Shown here: one piece after another, positions 45,462 through 47,688 of the stretch
Layout of the letters: every line of letters starts with the position of its first letter
How positions within the stretch are numbered: position 1 is the first letter of the stretch
Origin: an uncultured bacterium
Lineage (GTDB): Bacteria > UBP14 > UBA6098 > B30-G16
Assembly: GCA_965552135.1 (NCBI GenBank)
Contig: CBEVQY010000023.1
Coordinates: forward strand, 1-47,688
DNA: 47,688 bases
Direction of reading: 5' to 3'
The notes under the pieces: model-generated
Database searches by the model: none
What the model was told of the DNA's origin: nothing
What the model saw: the letters and a program-made list of their open reading frames with translations, nothing else
Position numbers and translations under genes: made by a program

Positions 45462-46223
45462 TTACGCTTCCTTCTGGCGGGTGAAGTCGAGTATGGCGAC
45501 GGCGCCCTTGACGAGCAGAAGCGGATCAACAAGGTGCGGCGCTTTGACGAGCGGTGAAATCCTTTCTGCGTCGCCACCGGTCATCACAAGGACGCCACGC
45601 TTGGCCCTCTTCGTGTACCGATGCCAGAGGAAGTCTACAGCGCCCGCCACGGCGGCGTAAACGCCAGCCGCTATGCTCTGCTCCGTTCCCTTCCCAGGGA
45701 ACTGCGGCTTTGTCCGTCGCGTTACCTGCGGAAGCTGCGCCGCCCTTCGATGGAGGGCATCGGTCATCATGTCGATCCCAGGCAGGATGGCGCCGCCGTG
45801 GTATTTGCCCTGGCGCACGAGGTCGACCGTCACAGCCGTCCCGGCGTCGACGACAACGACGGTGTCCGCCTGATCGCCGTAGAAGTGCCACGCACCAACC
45901 GCCACAGCCACGCGATCAGCGCCCAAACGCTCGGGAGAGGCATACTCCACCTTGACGGGGAGGTCCATATCGCCCGAGACGACGGTCGTTTCGATTTGGG
46001 CGCGCTGGAGGATGGCTAAGGCGAGTTCGCCTGCATCGGGCACCACCGACACAAGCACCGCCGCCGCGCACGCCGAGCGCTCCGCTATCTCGCGCAGCCT
46101 GTTGCTCCACTCCACGCCGCCTGTGGGATACGACCACCTCCCCCCAAGCTCGTCGCCAACCGTGATGTAGGTCTTAACCCACCTGTTGCCAATGTCAACG
46201 ACGAGTACCCGCTCGCCTTTCAT
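45462..46223 (-). CDS. coaX: Type III pantothenate kinase
   Basis: VDIGN, LGADR, VDAGTAVT, GGAILPG, TGGDA. Confidence 0.93.
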   Translation of the reverse strand: MKGERVLVVDIGNRWVKTYITVGDELGGRWSYPTGGVEWSNRLREIAERSACAAAVLVSVVPDAGELALAILQRAQIETTVVSGDMDLPVKVEYASPERLGADRVAVAVGAWHFYGDQADTVVVVDAGTAVTVDLVRQGKYHGGAILPGIDMMTDALHRRAAQLPQVTRRTKPQFPGKGTEQSIAAGVYAAVAGAVDFLWHRYTKRAKRGVLVMTGGDAERISPLVKAPHLVDPLLLVKGAVAILDFTRQKEA

Positions 46224-46231
46224 ACCGAATT

Positions 46232-46260
46232 AAGATGGTGGCGGTGCGGGAGGAGGTCAA
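46232..46260 (-). promoter_or_regulatory. Putative sigma-70 promoter for leaderless coaX
   Basis: Minus strand TTGACC-N17-CATCTT, then 8 nt to ATG; no SD sequence. Confidence 0.45.
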
Positions 46261-46298
46261 CCCTTAAAGCGCGCCTGCCCTGCGCAGCGCCAGCAGCG

Positions 46299-47687
46299 TC
46301 ACTCGATGGTGAAGGTCCAGAAGAAGATCATCGACTTGCTGCCCGAGCCATCGTAGCCGTTGTCGCCTGTGGCAAGGTGGACGTATATGGGACCCGAAAC
46401 GCTGTAGAGCGGTCCGCCCGAAGTGTTGTAGCGAAGCTGGTCTGTTGTTATCACCCTCCTTGTCGATGACCCCCAGGAGTTCGAGGTGGATGTGTACACG
46501 GCGACGGGGGCTTTTCCGTCGGTGCTGGAGTCGTAGTAGCCCGTGCAGGTCCGACCAAGTGCCCAAAGCCTGAAGGTCTTACCGCTGGGGATGTAGAATG
46601 TGTACCTAAAGTGAGTTACGTAGCCCCCTTGGGTTCCTGTCCAGGTGAGTGTGTTGCGCATCCCTCCGGGGGCGTAAACGGGCTTTGCGAAGTAGAACTG
46701 ATCGTCATCCCTGTCGTACCAGAAGATATCTGTCCCGTCCGTTCCTGATCCTGCGCTTGTCTTTTCGAGGACGAGCTGGTTTGGGCTTGTGCGCCAGAAG
46801 AGCTGCACGCCGTTTCCTCCGGCATCGTCGTCGAAGACTATGCCGTGCGGACCGCCTATGCCGTTGTCACCAAGCTTTATGACGTTTTTGACCGTCGTGC
46901 TGCCGAGGTGCAGAAGCTCGTCGGGGGATGTGGTGCTCAGCCCTATCTTGCCGTTGTTTTGAATGGTCATCTTGACGTTGGGGCTTGTGCCCGAGTTGCC
47001 TATGCCGAACTTGCTGGTACCTATGTTCCACACGTCGGGTCCTATGACCCACCGTTGGGTGTAGCTGCTGAAGTCGCTGGAGGCACCGGTGAAGAAGCCG
47101 ATGCTTGCTTCGTTGTCTGCGGAATTCCCCACCTGAAGTTGACCGCCGCTGTTGCTTGTGGAGTAAATCCTCGTCTTGCCGCCGTTGACGAAAAGCTTGC
47201 CCGTGGGCGATGTCGTGCCTATCCCCACGTTGCCGCTTTCGGTTATTATGAGACGGGTGTCGTATGTTCCGTTGTCGTCGTAGTCGTTTTTGAACGAAAG
47301 GTCATATCCGCCCGTATATATGCGCCATTCGGCGGTGTTTACGTCGGCTATTTCGACGAAGCTTGCGCCGGAGGGGTCACCGAGCCTGACGTTGCCTTTA
47401 ACGTCCAGCTTGTACGACGGGCTTGTCGTTCCAATGCCAACCCTCTCTGCCGAGTTGAAGACTGCCCAGGCAGTCCCGCCGGAGTTGGTTATGTAAACGT
47501 TGTCATCGCCGGAGTTGTCGTTGTCGGGGTGGATATAGAGGGGACCCTGGCTTGTAAGTTCGCTCTTCCAGCTTGCCGCTTGGTTGTTTATCTCGATGTT
47601 CCCGTTACGAACCTCAAGTTTGCTTCTGGGGCTTGTCGTCCCTATGCCGACGTTGCCGTTATCGTGCTCGACGAAGATGCGTGTTGT
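46299..47687 (-). CDS. GIGTTSP-repeat fibre/adhesin-like protein, 5'-truncated by window edge
   Basis: I translated the frame beyond the listed ORF; it is open to the window end (TTRIFVEHDNGNVGIGTTSPRSKLEV...). Four [VI]G[IL][GS]TTSP..[KL]L repeats, then a distinct C-terminal beta domain. Confidence 0.8.
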   Translation of the reverse strand, partial: TTRIFVEHDNGNVGIGTTSPRSKLEVRNGNIEINNQAASWKSELTSQGPLYIHPDNDNSGDDNVYITNSGGTAWAVFNSAERVGIGTTSPSYKLDVKGNVRLGDPSGASFVEIADVNTAEWRIYTGGYDLSFKNDYDDNGTYDTRLIITESGNVGIGTTSPTGKLFVNGGKTRIYSTSNSGGQLQVGNSADNEASIGFFTGASSDFSSYTQRWVIGPDVWNIGTSKFGIGNSGTSPNVKMTIQNNGKIGLSTTSPDELLHLGSTTVKNVIKLGDNGIGGPHGIVFDDDAGGNGVQLFWRTSPNQLVLEKTSAGSGTDGTDIFWYDRDDDQFYFAKPVYAPGGMRNTLTWTGTQGGYVTHFRYTFYIPSGKTFRLWALGRTCTGYYDSSTDGKAPVAVYTSTSNSWGSSTRRVITTDQLRYNTSGGPLYSVSGPIYVHLATGDNGYDGSGSKSMIFFWTFTIE

Positions 47688-47688
47688 C

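Overview
A 47.7-kb, GC-rich, gene-dense window from a diderm bacterium, probably FCB-superphylum (inferred from a T9SS/FlgD-type C-terminal domain, an LPS heptosyltransferase and many lipoproteins). Most of it is housekeeping: leuC-like, rfbC-like, cyclophilin, lat, ribH, gcvH/gcvPA/gcvPB, ctpA, nadA, an M16 protease, TlpA, ferredoxin, dnaG-rpoD, glycosyltransferases, ribBA, trpS, dnaX, tmk, a pseudouridine synthase, two PHP hydrolases and coaX. It also has two tRNAs (Ala-CGC, Lys-CTT). The most striking element is at the left end (1-5629). The 3' part of a very Cys-rich tandem-repeat protein (8-Cys units of about 51-54 aa with a thrombospondin-like W-x-C..R-x-R/K-Y-R-C pattern) is followed by three overlapping paralogous exported thioredoxin-fold proteins. 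These have single-Cys C-P-[YFH]-[GS] motifs and an LHG..EV.E signature recalling eukaryotic GILT thiol reductases, so the locus looks like a dedicated oxidative folding/editing system for a large disulfide-rich surface protein. Other points: an unannotated 42-aa membrane peptide behind a consensus sigma-54 promoter; a second sigma-54-like promoter with tandem candidate activator sites; an active plus catalytically dead transglutaminase-like pair and ctpA inserted between gcvPA and gcvPB; a diverged RpoD-type sigma factor; an orphan ImmA/IrrE protease; and a truncated GIGTTSP-repeat fibre-like protein at the right end. No CRISPR array, integrase or transposase was seen. All family assignments come from motif recognition, not database searches.
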